Positions 16,285 through 26,126 are shown, counted from the stretch's first letter. The stretch is DNA of 32,000 bases from Pseudomonas aeruginosa (GCF_001457615.1 NZ_LN831024.1:1650001-1682000); one strand, 5' to 3'. The notes: generated by a model not told the origin, from the letters alone. Numbers and translations: made by a program.

Positions 16285-16800
16285 GTGGATGCGCCGTTGG
16301 CGGAGCAGGATCTCAAGGCACTGTTTCTCAGGCATGCCCGGCAGTTGCAGTCGTATCTGTTGCGCAAGACCCGCGATCCGCACCTGGCGGCGGACCTTGC
16401 GCAGGAGAGCTTCCTGCGCCTGACCGAGCAGCGGCACAAGGAGCCGATCGAGCATGTCGACGCCTATCTCTACCGCACCGCGCACAACCTCACCATCGAC
16501 CATTACCGGCAGGAACGGCGGCGCCGCACCGAGACCCGGCCCAACGACGACCTCGCCGGGTTCGTCGCCGACCAGCCCGGCCCCGAGGAGTCCGCGGTGG
16601 ATGCCGATGCGCTTGCCCGCCTGCGCGAGATAGTCGCCGAACTGCCGCCGCGCACCCGTGAGATCTTCCGTCTCAACCGTCTGGAAGGGCTGACCCATGC
16701 CGAGGTGGCGAGACGCCTGGAAATCTCCGATAGCTCGGTGCAGAAGCACCTGGCCCGCGCCCTGGCCCATGTGATGCAGGCACTCGAGGATTCCCGCTGA
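16285..16800 (+). CDS. hasI: ECF sigma factor HasI (FecI-type, iron-starvation group)
   Basis: 171-aa ORF with a GTG start and AAGGA 5 nt upstream. Sigma-70 region 2 is DLAQESFLRLTEQ...YLYRTAHNLTIDHYR. Region 4 is LPPRTREIFRLNRLEGLTHAEVARRLEISDSSVQKHLARAL. It is followed by a FecR-type anti-sigma gene and a TonB-dependent transducer. Confidence 0.9.
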   Translation: MDAPLAEQDLKALFLRHARQLQSYLLRKTRDPHLAADLAQESFLRLTEQRHKEPIEHVDAYLYRTAHNLTIDHYRQERRRRTETRPNDDLAGFVADQPGPEESAVDADALARLREIVAELPPRTREIFRLNRLEGLTHAEVARRLEISDSSVQKHLARALAHVMQALEDSR

Positions 16801-16864
16801 ATGGATTACCGAGTCTTGCCGGTTCGCGCGTCTGAACCTCTATAACGACCAACGAGAGCCGCAC

Positions 16865-17851
16865 GTGAACAGCCCCCAGGAACAACAGCAGATCCGCCAG
16901 CAGGCCGCCGAATGGGCGATCCGCCTGGACGGCGGCGACCTCGACCGGTCCCGGCGCGAAGCGCTGGACGGCTGGCTGGCGGCTGACCCCCGGCACCCGG
17001 CCGCGCTGGCGCTGGCGCAACGGACCTGGAAACAGCTGGGATCGCTGGCCGAACCGCGGACGATGGTTCAGACGCCGGTCGCCAGCGCGCCGCGCCGCGC
17101 CGGGGGGCGGCGCAAGGGGTGGCGCGGCTGGGCCGCGGCGGCGGCGGTGCTGCTGGCCCTGGGCAGCGCCTGGAGCGAACGCGACGCCGGCGTGAGCTGG
17201 CTGGCCGACCACGCCACCGGCAAGGGCGAGGTACGCATCCTGCGGCTGGTGGATGGCAGCGAGGTCGAGCTGGACGCACAGAGTGCCATCGATGTCGCCT
17301 ACGACAGCCGCGAGCGACGGGTGCGCCTGCTCGAAGGCAGCGCGATCTTCCGCGCCGCCCCGCGTGCGGGGCGGGAGACACGGCCCTTCGTGGTGGAAAG
17401 CGCCGGCGGCAGCACTCGCGCGCTGGGTACTCGGTTCCTGGTCAGCCGCAACGAGGACGGCAGCGTCCAGGTCGGGGTGCTCGAACACCGCGTCGCGGTG
17501 GCCCTGGCGCATCCGCGCACGGGGACCGTCGGGCGCCGCGAGCTGGGCGAGGGCGAGAGCCTGCGCTACAGCGCGGAGGGCGGCGTCGAGGCGCCGCTGG
17601 GCGGTCGCCTCGACGACCTGACCAGTTGGCGGCGCGGCCTGCTGGTCTTCGACGAGCAGCCGCTGGGCGAGGTGGTGGCGCGCCTCAATCGCTACCGGCC
17701 GGGGCATTTGCTGGTGGCTCCCGGTGCGTTGGCGCAGCGGCGGGTCAGCGGGGTATTCCGGGTCGCCGACCTGGAGGCCTCGTTGCAGTCGATCAGCGAT
17801 GAGCTGGGAGTGCGCAGCCTGAGCCTGGCGGGAGTGACGCTGCTGTACTGA
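16865..17851 (+). CDS. hasS: FecR-family anti-sigma factor / sigma regulator HasS
   Basis: 328-aa ORF with a GTG start. It has an N-terminal anti-sigma domain (AAEWAIRLDGGDLD...LDGWLAADPRHPAA), a single TM segment (WRGWAAAAAVLLALGSAW) and a periplasmic FecR domain. Confidence 0.9.
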   Translation: MNSPQEQQQIRQQAAEWAIRLDGGDLDRSRREALDGWLAADPRHPAALALAQRTWKQLGSLAEPRTMVQTPVASAPRRAGGRRKGWRGWAAAAAVLLALGSAWSERDAGVSWLADHATGKGEVRILRLVDGSEVELDAQSAIDVAYDSRERRVRLLEGSAIFRAAPRAGRETRPFVVESAGGSTRALGTRFLVSRNEDGSVQVGVLEHRVAVALAHPRTGTVGRRELGEGESLRYSAEGGVEAPLGGRLDDLTSWRRGLLVFDEQPLGEVVARLNRYRPGHLLVAPGALAQRRVSGVFRVADLEASLQSISDELGVRSLSLAGVTLLY

Positions 17852-18060
17852 GCGGCGCGATCGCTTCCGAGAGCCTCGACCACGGTCCGGGCAGTCGTCC
17901 CGTGCGCTTGTTCCGGCAGGGGCCGGGAAGCGCATTCTCGAGCCGCCGTTCCCGCCGGAGAAAAAATTTCTCGATTTCCGTTACTGACTTTCCCTGCCTC
18001 CATCGTTCTCTTAACGAGACTGATTCTTATTACACAAAACGATGGAGTGTAGGCGCTGTC

Positions 18061-20736
18061 ATGAAACATCGTGGATGGAGTGCCGTGCGAGGCGGTCGCA
18101 AGGGGGCGCAACTGGCCCTGGGGCTGGGCCTGGTCCTGCTGGGAACGGCCGCGCTACCGCTGCATGCGCAAGACGGGGCGGACTCGGCGAGCCAGCAGCA
18201 GACCGCGTTGCGCCGGGTCCGGCTGGACATCCCGGCACAACCGCTGAACCGCGCCCTGCTGCGATTCGCCGAGCAGGCCGGGGTCCAGGTGTTCTTCGAC
18301 AGCCAGCGTTTCGCCGGTCTCGGCAGCGCGGCGGTGCACGGCGAATACGTGCTGGCCGACGGCCTGAGCCAGATGCTCCAGGGCAGCCCGGTGGAATACC
18401 GCTTCTCCGGCAAGGACCAATTGAGCCTGATCCGCGTCAGCCAGGACGACCTGGTGCAGATGTCGCCCTCGGTGATCTCCGCCGCGCGTCCGGACGACTG
18501 GGTCTACCAGACGCCGCATTCGGTCAGCGTGATCGGCCGCGAGCAGATCGAGCGCAACCCGCCGCGGCATGCCGCCGACATGCTCGAGGAAACCCCCGGG
18601 GTGTACTCCTCGGTGAGCCAGCAGGACCCCGGCCTGTCGGTGAACATCCGTGGCATCCAGGACTACGGGCGGGTCAACATGTCGGTCGACGGCATGCGCC
18701 AGAACTACCAGCAGAGCGGCCACCAGCAGCGCAACGGGACGCTCTACGTCGATCCCGAGCTGCTCAGCGAGGTGGTCATCGACAAGGGCGCCAGCTCGGC
18801 CATGGGCGGCGCCGGGGTGATCGGCGGGATCGCCAACTTCCGCACCCTGGAGGCCCGCGACCTGGTCAGGCCGGGCAAGCAGGTCGGTGGCCGGGTGCGC
18901 CTCACCAGCGGCCTGGGCGGCGACGCCAATGGCACCCACTTCATCGGCAGCGCGGCCTTCGCCATCGGCACCGAGGTCTGGGACATGCTGGTCGCCGCCA
19001 GCGAGCGCCACCTGGGCGACTACGACCCGGGGACCAAGGGCAGCATTGGCGAGCTGCGCACCGGCGCCTGGTTCAATCCCGAGGCCGGGCAGCGGGTCAA
19101 GCATTCGCCGGTGGCCTACTCCGGCTACGTGATGCGCTCGCGACTGGCCAAGCTGGGCGTCGCCCTGCCGCAGGACCAGCGCCTGCAGTTCAGCTACCTG
19201 ACCACCCAGGTGTCCTACGACGACGCCAACATGCTCAACACCGAGAACCAGGCGCTCTGGGAAAAGCTCGGCAGCAGCGACGTGCGTGCGCAGAACTTCG
19301 CCATCGACTACGGCTACGCGCCGGACAACCCGTTGGTGGACTTCAAGGCCAAGCTCTACTACGTCGACAACCGCAACCGCCAGCAGACCCTGCAACGCGG
19401 TATCACCCCCGGCTACTCGATCACCTACCAGACCGACACCTACGGCGCGCAGGCGCAGAACACCTCGACCTTCGCTCTCGACGATCTCTCCACGCTGCGC
19501 GCCAACTATGGCCTGGAGTTCTTCTACGACAAGGTGCGGCCGGACTCCAGCCAGCCGCGGGCGAGCACCTCGGCGGTCGGCTTCCCTGCGGCCGAAGGCA
19601 TGACCCCCAAGGGCGACCGCGCCCTCGGTAGCCTGTTCGCCCGTCTCGACTACGACTACGACGACTGGCTCAACCTCAACGCCGGGCTGCGTTACGACCG
19701 CTACCGCCTGCGCGGCGACACCGGCTTCAACGCGCGCACCTTCATCCTTGGCACCACCCGGCAGACCGACATGCCGCTGCAATACGCCGTCGACCGCGAG
19801 GAGGGGCGCTTCTCGCCGACCTTCGGCCTGTCGGTCAAGCCCGGCGTCGACTGGTTGCAGTTGTTCGCCACCTACGGCAAGGGCTGGCGCCCGCCGGCGG
19901 TGACCGAGAGCCTGATCACCGGCCGCCCCCACGGCGGCGGCGCGGAAAACATGTACCCCAACCCGTTCCTCAGTCCGGAGCGCTCGAAGGCCTGGGAAGT
20001 CGGTTTCAACGTGCTGAAGGAGAACCTCTGGTTCAGCGACGACCGCCTGGGCCTGAAGGTCGCCTACTTCGACACCCGGGTCGACGACTTCATCTTCATG
20101 GGCATGGGCATGCAGCCGCCGGGCTACGGCATGGCCGGGATCGGCAACAGCGCCTACGTCAACAACCTCGACAGCACGCGCTTCCGTGGCGTCGAGTACC
20201 AGCTCGACTACGATGCCGGGCTGGCCTACGGGCAGCTCTCCTACACGCACATGATCGGCAGCAACGACTTCTGTTCGAAGACCGCCTGGCTCGGTGGCGT
20301 CACCCAGACGGTGAAGGGCAGCGGTCGCCGCCCGCCGGTGATCGACATGCGGCCGGACGAGCAGGCCAACGCCGCCACCCATTGCAGCGCGGTGCTCGGC
20401 TCCGCCGAACACATGCCGATGGACCGCGGCTCGCTGACCCTGGGCATGCGCTTCTTCGACCGCAGGCTGGACGTCGGCGCCCGTGCCCGCTACAGCGAAG
20501 GCTACTCGGTGGCTGGCGGCGCCACGGTGTCGCAGGCCGGCGTGTACCCGGCGGACTGGAAGGAATACACCGTCTACGACCTGTACGGCAGCTACCGGGT
20601 GAGCGATGAACTGACCCTGCGCCTGGCCATGGAGAACGTCACCGACCGCGCCTACCTGGTGCCGCTGGGCGACGTGCTGGCCTTCACCCTCGGTCGCGGG
20701 CGGACCCTGCAAGGCACCCTCGAATACCAGTTCTGA
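18061..20736 (+). CDS. hasR: TonB-dependent heme/hemophore receptor HasR with N-terminal signalling (STN) extension
   Basis: Track ORF 17902..20736. ATG 18061 gives the signal peptide MKHRGWSAVRGGRKGAQLALGLGLVLLGTAALPLHA|Q. This is followed by an STN domain (RRVRLDIPAQPLNRALLRFAEQAGVQVFFDS...), a plug and a 22-strand-type barrel ending ...TLQGTLEYQF. It is adjacent to the hemophore gene. Confidence 0.95.
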   Translation: MKHRGWSAVRGGRKGAQLALGLGLVLLGTAALPLHAQDGADSASQQQTALRRVRLDIPAQPLNRALLRFAEQAGVQVFFDSQRFAGLGSAAVHGEYVLADGLSQMLQGSPVEYRFSGKDQLSLIRVSQDDLVQMSPSVISAARPDDWVYQTPHSVSVIGREQIERNPPRHAADMLEETPGVYSSVSQQDPGLSVNIRGIQDYGRVNMSVDGMRQNYQQSGHQQRNGTLYVDPELLSEVVIDKGASSAMGGAGVIGGIANFRTLEARDLVRPGKQVGGRVRLTSGLGGDANGTHFIGSAAFAIGTEVWDMLVAASERHLGDYDPGTKGSIGELRTGAWFNPEAGQRVKHSPVAYSGYVMRSRLAKLGVALPQDQRLQFSYLTTQVSYDDANMLNTENQALWEKLGSSDVRAQNFAIDYGYAPDNPLVDFKAKLYYVDNRNRQQTLQRGITPGYSITYQTDTYGAQAQNTSTFALDDLSTLRANYGLEFFYDKVRPDSSQPRASTSAVGFPAAEGMTPKGDRALGSLFARLDYDYDDWLNLNAGLRYDRYRLRGDTGFNARTFILGTTRQTDMPLQYAVDREEGRFSPTFGLSVKPGVDWLQLFATYGKGWRPPAVTESLITGRPHGGGAENMYPNPFLSPERSKAWEVGFNVLKENLWFSDDRLGLKVAYFDTRVDDFIFMGMGMQPPGYGMAGIGNSAYVNNLDSTRFRGVEYQLDYDAGLAYGQLSYTHMIGSNDFCSKTAWLGGVTQTVKGSGRRPPVIDMRPDEQANAATHCSAVLGSAEHMPMDRGSLTLGMRFFDRRLDVGARARYSEGYSVAGGATVSQAGVYPADWKEYTVYDLYGSYRVSDELTLRLAMENVTDRAYLVPLGDVLAFTLGRGRTLQGTLEYQF

Positions 20737-20741
20737 CCCCC

Positions 20742-20790
20742 GTTTTGCCCAGTGAAGGGCAAAACCGGAGCGGGCATCCGTGCGCTCCGG
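20742..20790 (+). other. Two adjacent stem-loops in the hasR-hasAp intercistronic region
   Basis: Hairpin 1 is GTTTTGCCC (20742-20750), loop AGTGAA, GGGCAAAAC (20757-20765), a 9-bp stem. Hairpin 2 is CCGGAGCG (20765-20772), a 10-nt loop, CGCTCCGG (20783-20790), an 8-bp stem. The two arms share C20765, so only one can use it. Neither hairpin is followed by a T tract. Confidence 0.45.
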
Positions 20791-20821
20791 CATTCACCAC
20801 TCGTTGAATTGGAGTTTTGGC

Positions 20822-21439
20822 ATGAGCATTTCGATTTCCTACAGCACCACCTACAGCGGCTGGACCGTAGCGGATTACCTGGCGGACTGGTCGGCCTACT
20901 TCGGCGACGTCAACCATCGTCCGGGCCAGGTGGTGGACGGCAGCAATACCGGCGGCTTCAACCCCGGTCCGTTCGACGGCAGCCAGTACGCGCTGAAGAG
21001 CACCGCCAGCGACGCGGCCTTCATCGCCGGCGGCGACCTCCACTACACCCTGTTCAGCAACCCCAGCCACACCCTGTGGGGCAAGCTGGACAGCATCGCC
21101 CTCGGCGACACCCTGACCGGCGGCGCCTCCAGCGGTGGCTACGCCCTGGACAGCCAGGAGGTGAGCTTCAGCAACCTGGGCCTGGATTCGCCGATCGCCC
21201 AGGGCCGCGACGGCACCGTGCACAAGGTGGTCTACGGCCTGATGAGCGGCGACAGCAGCGCCCTGCAGGGGCAGATCGACGCGTTGCTGAAAGCGGTCGA
21301 CCCGAGCCTGTCGATCAACTCCACCTTCGACCAGTTGGCCGCGGCCGGCGTCGCCCATGCCACCCCGGCTGCGGCAGCGGCGGAAATCGGCGTGGTCGGC
21401 GTGCAGGAACTGCCGCACGACCTGGCCCTGGCGGCCTGA
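20822..21439 (+). CDS. hasAp: Secreted hemophore HasAp
   Basis: Track ORF 20780..21439. ATG 20822 has GGAG upstream. The product MSISISYSTTYSGWTVADYLADWSAYFGDVNHRPG... has His32, Tyr75 and His83 at the positions known for HasA-type heme ligation, counted directly from the sequence. There is no N-terminal signal peptide, and the Ala-rich C-terminus (...ELPHDLALAA) is consistent with a type I secretion signal. Confidence 0.95.
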   Translation: MSISISYSTTYSGWTVADYLADWSAYFGDVNHRPGQVVDGSNTGGFNPGPFDGSQYALKSTASDAAFIAGGDLHYTLFSNPSHTLWGKLDSIALGDTLTGGASSGGYALDSQEVSFSNLGLDSPIAQGRDGTVHKVVYGLMSGDSSALQGQIDALLKAVDPSLSINSTFDQLAAAGVAHATPAAAAAEIGVVGVQELPHDLALAA

Positions 21440-21445
21440 GCAACT

Positions 21446-21633
21446 GTCCACGATAGCGTTCGTGGACTGCTTGCGCTAAAGGCCGGAGAGGAGTTGGCGC
21501 TCCTCTCCGGCGCACGAACCGCCGTCGCTGCGCCTCGCACCCGTGGCGACGGCGGCCCCGGATTGTTCCTCCGCCGGCCGTGCCCGGCAAGTGGAGACTG
21601 CCGCAATGTCCTCCGGGCCCGCTCGCGGCCCGG
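21446..21633 (+). other. Highly structured hasAp-hasD intercistronic region (four stem-loops; attenuator/processing candidates)
   Basis: Four stem-loops were found. (1) GTCCACGA/TCGTGGAC at 21446-21467. (2) GCCGGAGAGGAG, loop TTGGCG, CTCCTCTCCGGC at 21482-21511, a 12-bp stem. (3) CGCCGTCGC/GCGACGGCG at 21520-21554. (4) TCCGGGCC/GGCCCGGA at 21612-21634. None has a T tract. The gap between hasAp and hasD is 216 nt. Confidence 0.45.
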
Positions 21634-21655
21634 ACACCCACAGGACCCGACTCCG

Positions 21656-23446
21656 ATGAAGCTCCGGCCGGCCTCGCCGCGCAATGAAATCCTCGCCACC
21701 CTCGGCCGCTTCCGCCCGGCGCTGCGCAGCGTCGCGCTGTTCACCGCGGTGATCAACCTGCTGATGCTGGCGCCGTCGCTGTACATGCTGCAGGTCTACG
21801 ACCGGGTGCTCGGCTCCGGCAACCACATGACCCTGCTGATGCTGACCCTCATGGTGCTCGGCCTCTACCTGCTGCTCGGCGCCCTGGAGTGGGTGCGCAG
21901 CCTGGTGGTGATCCGCCTCGGCGGCCAGCTCGACATGCAACTCAACCAGCGCATCTACGACGCCTCGTTCCGCGCCAGCCTGGAGCGCGGCGAGCAGGCC
22001 GTCGGGCAGGCGCTGAACGACCTGACCAGCCTGCGCCAGTTCCTCACCGGCAACGCCCTGTTCGCCTTCTTCGACGCGCCCTGGTTCCCGCTCTACCTGC
22101 TGGTGATCTTCCTCTTCAGTCCCTGGCTCGGCCTGCTCGCCCTGGTTGGGGCGCTGCTGCTGGTGCTGCTTGCCTGGGTCAACGAAAGCCGCTCGCGCGA
22201 ACCGCTGGCCGAGGCCGGGCAACTGTCGATCCTCGCCACCCAGCAGGCCTCGGCCAACCTGCGCCAGGCGGAAACCCTGGCGGCAATGGGCATGTTGCCG
22301 GCCATGCGCGCGCGCTGGTTCGCCCAGCACCAGGCCTTCCTTGCCCGGCAGAACCTCGGCAGCGAGCGCAGCGCGGCGATCGGCGCGACCTCCAAGGGCG
22401 TGCGCCTGGCCCTGCAGTCGCTGGTGCTCGGCCTCGGCGCCTGGCTGGCGGTGGAAGGCCTGATCACCCCGGGGATGATGATCGCCGGCTCGATCCTGAT
22501 GGGCCGCGTGCTCAGCCCCATCGACCAGTTGATCGCGGTCTGGCGCCAGTGGAGCGGCGCGCGGCAGGCCTACCAGCGACTGGCGCGGCTGCTCGAGGAG
22601 AATCCGCCGGCCGCCCTGGGCATGCCGCTACCGGCGCCGCGCGGCGCGTTGCGCGTCGAGCGGCTCTGCGCGGCCGCGCCGGGACGCGAGCAGGCATTGT
22701 TGCAGGACCTCGGTTTCGCCCTGGAACCTGGCGAAGCGCTCGGCGTGATCGGGCCGTCCGGTTCCGGCAAGTCGACCCTGGCGCGCTTGCTGGTGGGCGC
22801 CTGGCAGCCGCTGTCCGGCGCGGTGCGCCTGGACGGCGCCGACCTGCGGCAGTGGAGCGCGGCGGCACTGGGGCCGCACATCGGCTACCTGGCCCAGGAC
22901 GTGCAACTGTTCGCCGGCAGCATCGCCGAGAACATCGCGCGCTTCGCCGAGGTGGATGCCGAGAAGGTGGTGGCGGCGGCGCGCCTGGCCGGCGTGCACG
23001 ACCTGGTGCTGCGCCTGCCGCAGGGCTACGACACGCGCCTTGGCGACGGCGGCGCCGGACTCTCCGGCGGCCAGCGCCAGCGCATCGGCCTGGCCCGCGC
23101 GCTGTACGGGCGACCGGCGCTGATCGTGCTCGACGAACCCAATGCCAGCCTCGACGAGGCGGGTGAGGCGGCCCTGGCCGAGGCCATCGCGGCGATGCGC
23201 CGGCACGGCAGCAGCCTGGTGCTGGTCACCCACAAGCCGGCGGTGCTGGCGCTGACCGACAAGCTGTTGTTGCTGCATGGCGGGCGCCTGCAGCGTTTCG
23301 GCGCGACCGCCGAGGTGCTTGCCAGCGCCTCGCCGCCGGCCGCTGCGGCCCCGGCGCCGACACGGCCGACGCCGGCGTTCGGTTTCGGCTACCGGCCGGG
23401 ACCGGGGATGCCGGTCGGCGGTGTGCCGGGAGGAGCGGCGCGATGA
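21656..23446 (+). CDS. hasD: Type I secretion ABC transporter (PrtD/HasD family: TMD + NBD)
   Basis: Track ORF 21494..23446. ATG 21656 gives [52 protein letters not shown], a typical PrtD-family N-terminus. Walker A is GPSGSGKST, the signature is [15 protein letters not shown], and Walker B is LIVLDEP. The stop overlaps the hasE ATG (ATGA). Confidence 0.9.
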   Translation: MKLRPASPRNEILATLGRFRPALRSVALFTAVINLLMLAPSLYMLQVYDRVLGSGNHMTLLMLTLMVLGLYLLLGALEWVRSLVVIRLGGQLDMQLNQRIYDASFRASLERGEQAVGQALNDLTSLRQFLTGNALFAFFDAPWFPLYLLVIFLFSPWLGLLALVGALLLVLLAWVNESRSREPLAEAGQLSILATQQASANLRQAETLAAMGMLPAMRARWFAQHQAFLARQNLGSERSAAIGATSKGVRLALQSLVLGLGAWLAVEGLITPGMMIAGSILMGRVLSPIDQLIAVWRQWSGARQAYQRLARLLEENPPAALGMPLPAPRGALRVERLCAAAPGREQALLQDLGFALEPGEALGVIGPSGSGKSTLARLLVGAWQPLSGAVRLDGADLRQWSAAALGPHIGYLAQDVQLFAGSIAENIARFAEVDAEKVVAAARLAGVHDLVLRLPQGYDTRLGDGGAGLSGGQRQRIGLARALYGRPALIVLDEPNASLDEAGEAALAEAIAAMRRHGSSLVLVTHKPAVLALTDKLLLLHGGRLQRFGATAEVLASASPPAAAAPAPTRPTPAFGFGYRPGPGMPVGGVPGGAAR

Positions 23447-24774
23447 GCGGGCAGGCGCGGTTGCGCGAAGTCGGCGCCGGCGGCGCGGCGCTGGAACTGG
23501 ACGAGAAGCGTTTTTCCCGGCTCGGCTGGGGGCTGGTGCTGCTCGGCTTCGTCGGCTTTCTCCTGTGGGCCGGGTTGGCCCCGCTGGACAAGGGTGTCGG
23601 GGTCTCCGGCACGGTGATGGTGGCCGGTAGCCGCAAGGCCGTGCAGCACCCTACCGGTGGCCTGGTCAGGCACATCCGCGTGCACGAAGGCGAGCGGGTG
23701 GAGGCAGGACAGGTGTTGCTGGAGATGGACGCTACCCAGGCCCGGGCCCAGGCCGATGGCCTGTTCGCCCAGTACCTGGCGGCGCTGGCGAGTCTGGCGC
23801 GGCTGAGCGCCGAGCGCGATGAAAAGGCGCGGATCGAGTTTCCCGCCGAGCTGCTGGCGCTGGACGACCCGCGCCTGCCGACCCTGCTGGAACAGCAGCG
23901 GCAGTTGCACGACAGCCGTCGGCGGGCGCTGCGCCTGGAACTCGATGGTCTCGCCGAGACGGTCGCCGGCAGCCAGGCGCAACTGGACGGCCTGCAAGCC
24001 GCGCTGCGCAGCAAGGAGCAGCAGCGCGCCGCCCTCGAGGAACAGTTGCGCGGCCTGCGCCAACTGGCCAGCGAGGGCTACGTGCCGCGCAACCGCCTGC
24101 TCGACAGCGAGCGCCTGCTGGCCCAGGTCAACGGCGAGATCGCCGGCGACCTCGGCAGCCTCGGCAGTACCCGCCGGCAGATCCTCGAACTGCGCCTGCG
24201 CATGGCCCAGCGGCGGGAGAAGTTCCAGGAAGAGGTGCGCGCCAGCCTGGCCGACGCCCAGGTGCGCGCCGAGGAGTTGCGCAATCGCCTGGCCAGCGCG
24301 CGCTTCGACCTGGCCAACAGCGAGGTACGGGCGCCGGTCGCCGGCCAGGTGGTCGGCCAGGAAGTGTTCACCGAGGGCGGCGTGATCGCGCCCGGCCAGC
24401 AACTGATGGAAATCCTCCCGGAGCGCCAGCCGCTGCTGGTGGACGCTCGGCTGCCGGTGGAGATGGTCGACAAGGTCCGCGTCGGCCTGCCGGTGGAGCT
24501 GATGTTCAGCGCCTTCAACCAGAGCACTACGCCGCGGGTGGAGGGCGAAGTGACCCTGGTCTCGGCCGACCGCCTGCTGGACGAGCGCAGCGAGGCGCCG
24601 TACTACCGGGTGCGCATCCGCGTAGGCGAGGAGGGCGTACGTCGCCTGGCCGGCCTGGAGATCCGCCCGGGGATGCCGGTGGAGGCCTTCGTTCGCAGCG
24701 GCGAGCGCTCGCTGTTGAACTACCTGTTCAAGCCGCTGGCCGACCGTACCCACCTGGCGCTGGGGGAAGAATGA
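23443..24774 (+). CDS. hasE: Type I secretion membrane-fusion protein (HlyD family)
   Basis: 443-aa ORF. An N-terminal cytoplasmic segment is followed by a TM segment ([19 protein letters not shown]), a long coiled-coil region and a beta-barrel domain ending ...[12 protein letters not shown]. It is translationally coupled on both sides (ATGA overlaps at 23443 and 24771). Confidence 0.9.
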   Translation: MSGQARLREVGAGGAALELDEKRFSRLGWGLVLLGFVGFLLWAGLAPLDKGVGVSGTVMVAGSRKAVQHPTGGLVRHIRVHEGERVEAGQVLLEMDATQARAQADGLFAQYLAALASLARLSAERDEKARIEFPAELLALDDPRLPTLLEQQRQLHDSRRRALRLELDGLAETVAGSQAQLDGLQAALRSKEQQRAALEEQLRGLRQLASEGYVPRNRLLDSERLLAQVNGEIAGDLGSLGSTRRQILELRLRMAQRREKFQEEVRASLADAQVRAEELRNRLASARFDLANSEVRAPVAGQVVGQEVFTEGGVIAPGQQLMEILPERQPLLVDARLPVEMVDKVRVGLPVELMFSAFNQSTTPRVEGEVTLVSADRLLDERSEAPYYRVRIRVGEEGVRRLAGLEIRPGMPVEAFVRSGERSLLNYLFKPLADRTHLALGEE

Positions 24775-26126
24775 ATCGCCTGCGAGCCTGCCTGCTGTCC
24801 TCCGCGCTGCTTTCGGCCTCTTCGGCCCAGGCGCTGGGCCTGCTGGACGCCTACCAACTGGCGGTGCGCCACGACCCGACCTTCCAGGCGGCGCTCCACG
24901 AGCGCCGCGCCGGCAGCGAAAACCGCGCCATCGGCCGTGCCGGCCTGCTGCCGAGCCTGCGCTACGACTACAACAAGGCGCGCAACGACTCCACCGTCAG
25001 CCAGGGCGACGCCCGCGTCGAGCGCGACTATCGCAGCTACGCCTCGACCCTCAGCCTGGAGCAGCCGCTGTTCGACTACGAGGCCTACGCGCGCTACCGC
25101 CAGGGCGAGGCCCAGGCGCTGTTCGCCGACGAACAGTTCCGCGGGCGCAGCCAGGAACTGGCGGTGCGCCTGTTCGCCGCCTACAGCGAAACCCTGTTCG
25201 CCCGCGAGCAGGTGGTCCTGGCCGAAGCCCAGCGGCGCGCCCTGGAAACCCAGCTGGCGTTCAACCAGCGTGCCTTCGAGGAAGGCGAGGGCACCCGCAC
25301 CGACCTGCTGGAGACCCGCGCCCGGCTGAGCCTGACCCGCGCCGAGGAGATCGCCGCCAGCGATCGCGCGGCGGCGGCGCGGCGTACGCTGGAGGCGATG
25401 CTCGGGCAGGCACTGGAGGATCGCGAACTGGCCGCGCCCATCGAGCGCTTCCCGGCGCTGCGCCTGCAACCGGCGACCTTCGAAGGCTGGCGCCAGGTGG
25501 CCCTGCAACGCAGCGCCGAGCTGGGCGCCCAGCGCCATGCGCTGGAGGCGGCAGCCTACGAGGTGGAGCGCAATCGTGCCGGCCACTTGCCCAGGCTCAG
25601 CCTCTACGCCAGCAGCAGCAAGACGCACTCGGCTTCGGAAAGCACCTACGAGCAGAAATACGACACCGACAGTGTCGGCCTGCGTCTCAGCCTGCCGCTG
25701 TTCGAGGGCGGGCGGGTGTCGGCAGCGACCCGCCAGGCCGGCGACAAGTACGCCCAGGCCCAGGCCGAGCTGGATGCCCAGGTGGCCAGTGTGATCAATG
25801 ACCTGCACAGCCAGTTCGACCTGACCGCCAGCAGCCTGGCCAAGGTGCGTGCCTACGAGATGGCGGTGGCGGCGGCGCGCGAACAGGTGACAGCGACGCG
25901 GCGCAGCGTCGCCGGCGGGGAGCGGGTCAATCGCGACGTGCTGGACGCCGAACAGCAGTTCTACGGCGCCCGCCGCGACCTGGCGGAAGCGCGCTACGCC
26001 TACCTCAACGCCTGGCTGCGCCTGCGCCAGCTGGCGGGGGTGCTGGAAGACCGCGACCTGGCGGTGCTGGCTGCCTATTTCGGCGCCGGCGAAGGACGCG
26101 CGCAGGTCACCGCTGCCATCAGATAG
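24771..26126 (+). CDS. hasF: TolC-family outer-membrane channel of the Has type I secretion system
   Basis: 451-aa ORF with signal peptide [21 protein letters not shown]|L. It carries two OEP repeats (LGLLDAYQLAVRHDPTFQAA... and ...ALQRSAELGAQRHALEAA...). Its position completes the hasDEF secretion genes. Confidence 0.85.
   Translation: MNRLRACLLSSALLSASSAQALGLLDAYQLAVRHDPTFQAALHERRAGSENRAIGRAGLLPSLRYDYNKARNDSTVSQGDARVERDYRSYASTLSLEQPLFDYEAYARYRQGEAQALFADEQFRGRSQELAVRLFAAYSETLFAREQVVLAEAQRRALETQLAFNQRAFEEGEGTRTDLLETRARLSLTRAEEIAASDRAAAARRTLEAMLGQALEDRELAAPIERFPALRLQPATFEGWRQVALQRSAELGAQRHALEAAAYEVERNRAGHLPRLSLYASSSKTHSASESTYEQKYDTDSVGLRLSLPLFEGGRVSAATRQAGDKYAQAQAELDAQVASVINDLHSQFDLTASSLAKVRAYEMAVAAAREQVTATRRSVAGGERVNRDVLDAEQQFYGARRDLAEARYAYLNAWLRLRQLAGVLEDRDLAVLAAYFGAGEGRAQVTAAIR

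Noticed and set aside
17955-18010. HasI (ECF)-dependent promoter upstream of hasR.
   Set aside because: I tried to fit iron-starvation ECF promoter patterns (-35 TAAAT/GGAAT-like, -10 CGT(C)). A CGTT at 18004 exists, but there is no convincing -35 at 16-17 nt. I cannot support coordinates from sequence alone.
18016-18034. Possible Fur box (GAGACTGATTCTTATTACA) just upstream of hasR.
   Set aside because: It matches the 19-bp consensus at only about 12/19, and at 9/14 in the 7-1-7 view. It sits only 27 nt from the ATG, downstream of where a promoter would be. This is too weak to call without data, though it remains possible.
23310-23446. Pro/Ala/Gly-rich ~45-aa C-terminal tail of HasD ([41 protein letters not shown]) as a possible frameshift.
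   Set aside because: No alternative frame in this region encodes anything better. The tail ends exactly in the ATGA overlap with hasE, which suggests a native, translationally coupled end. It is probably a low-complexity linker.
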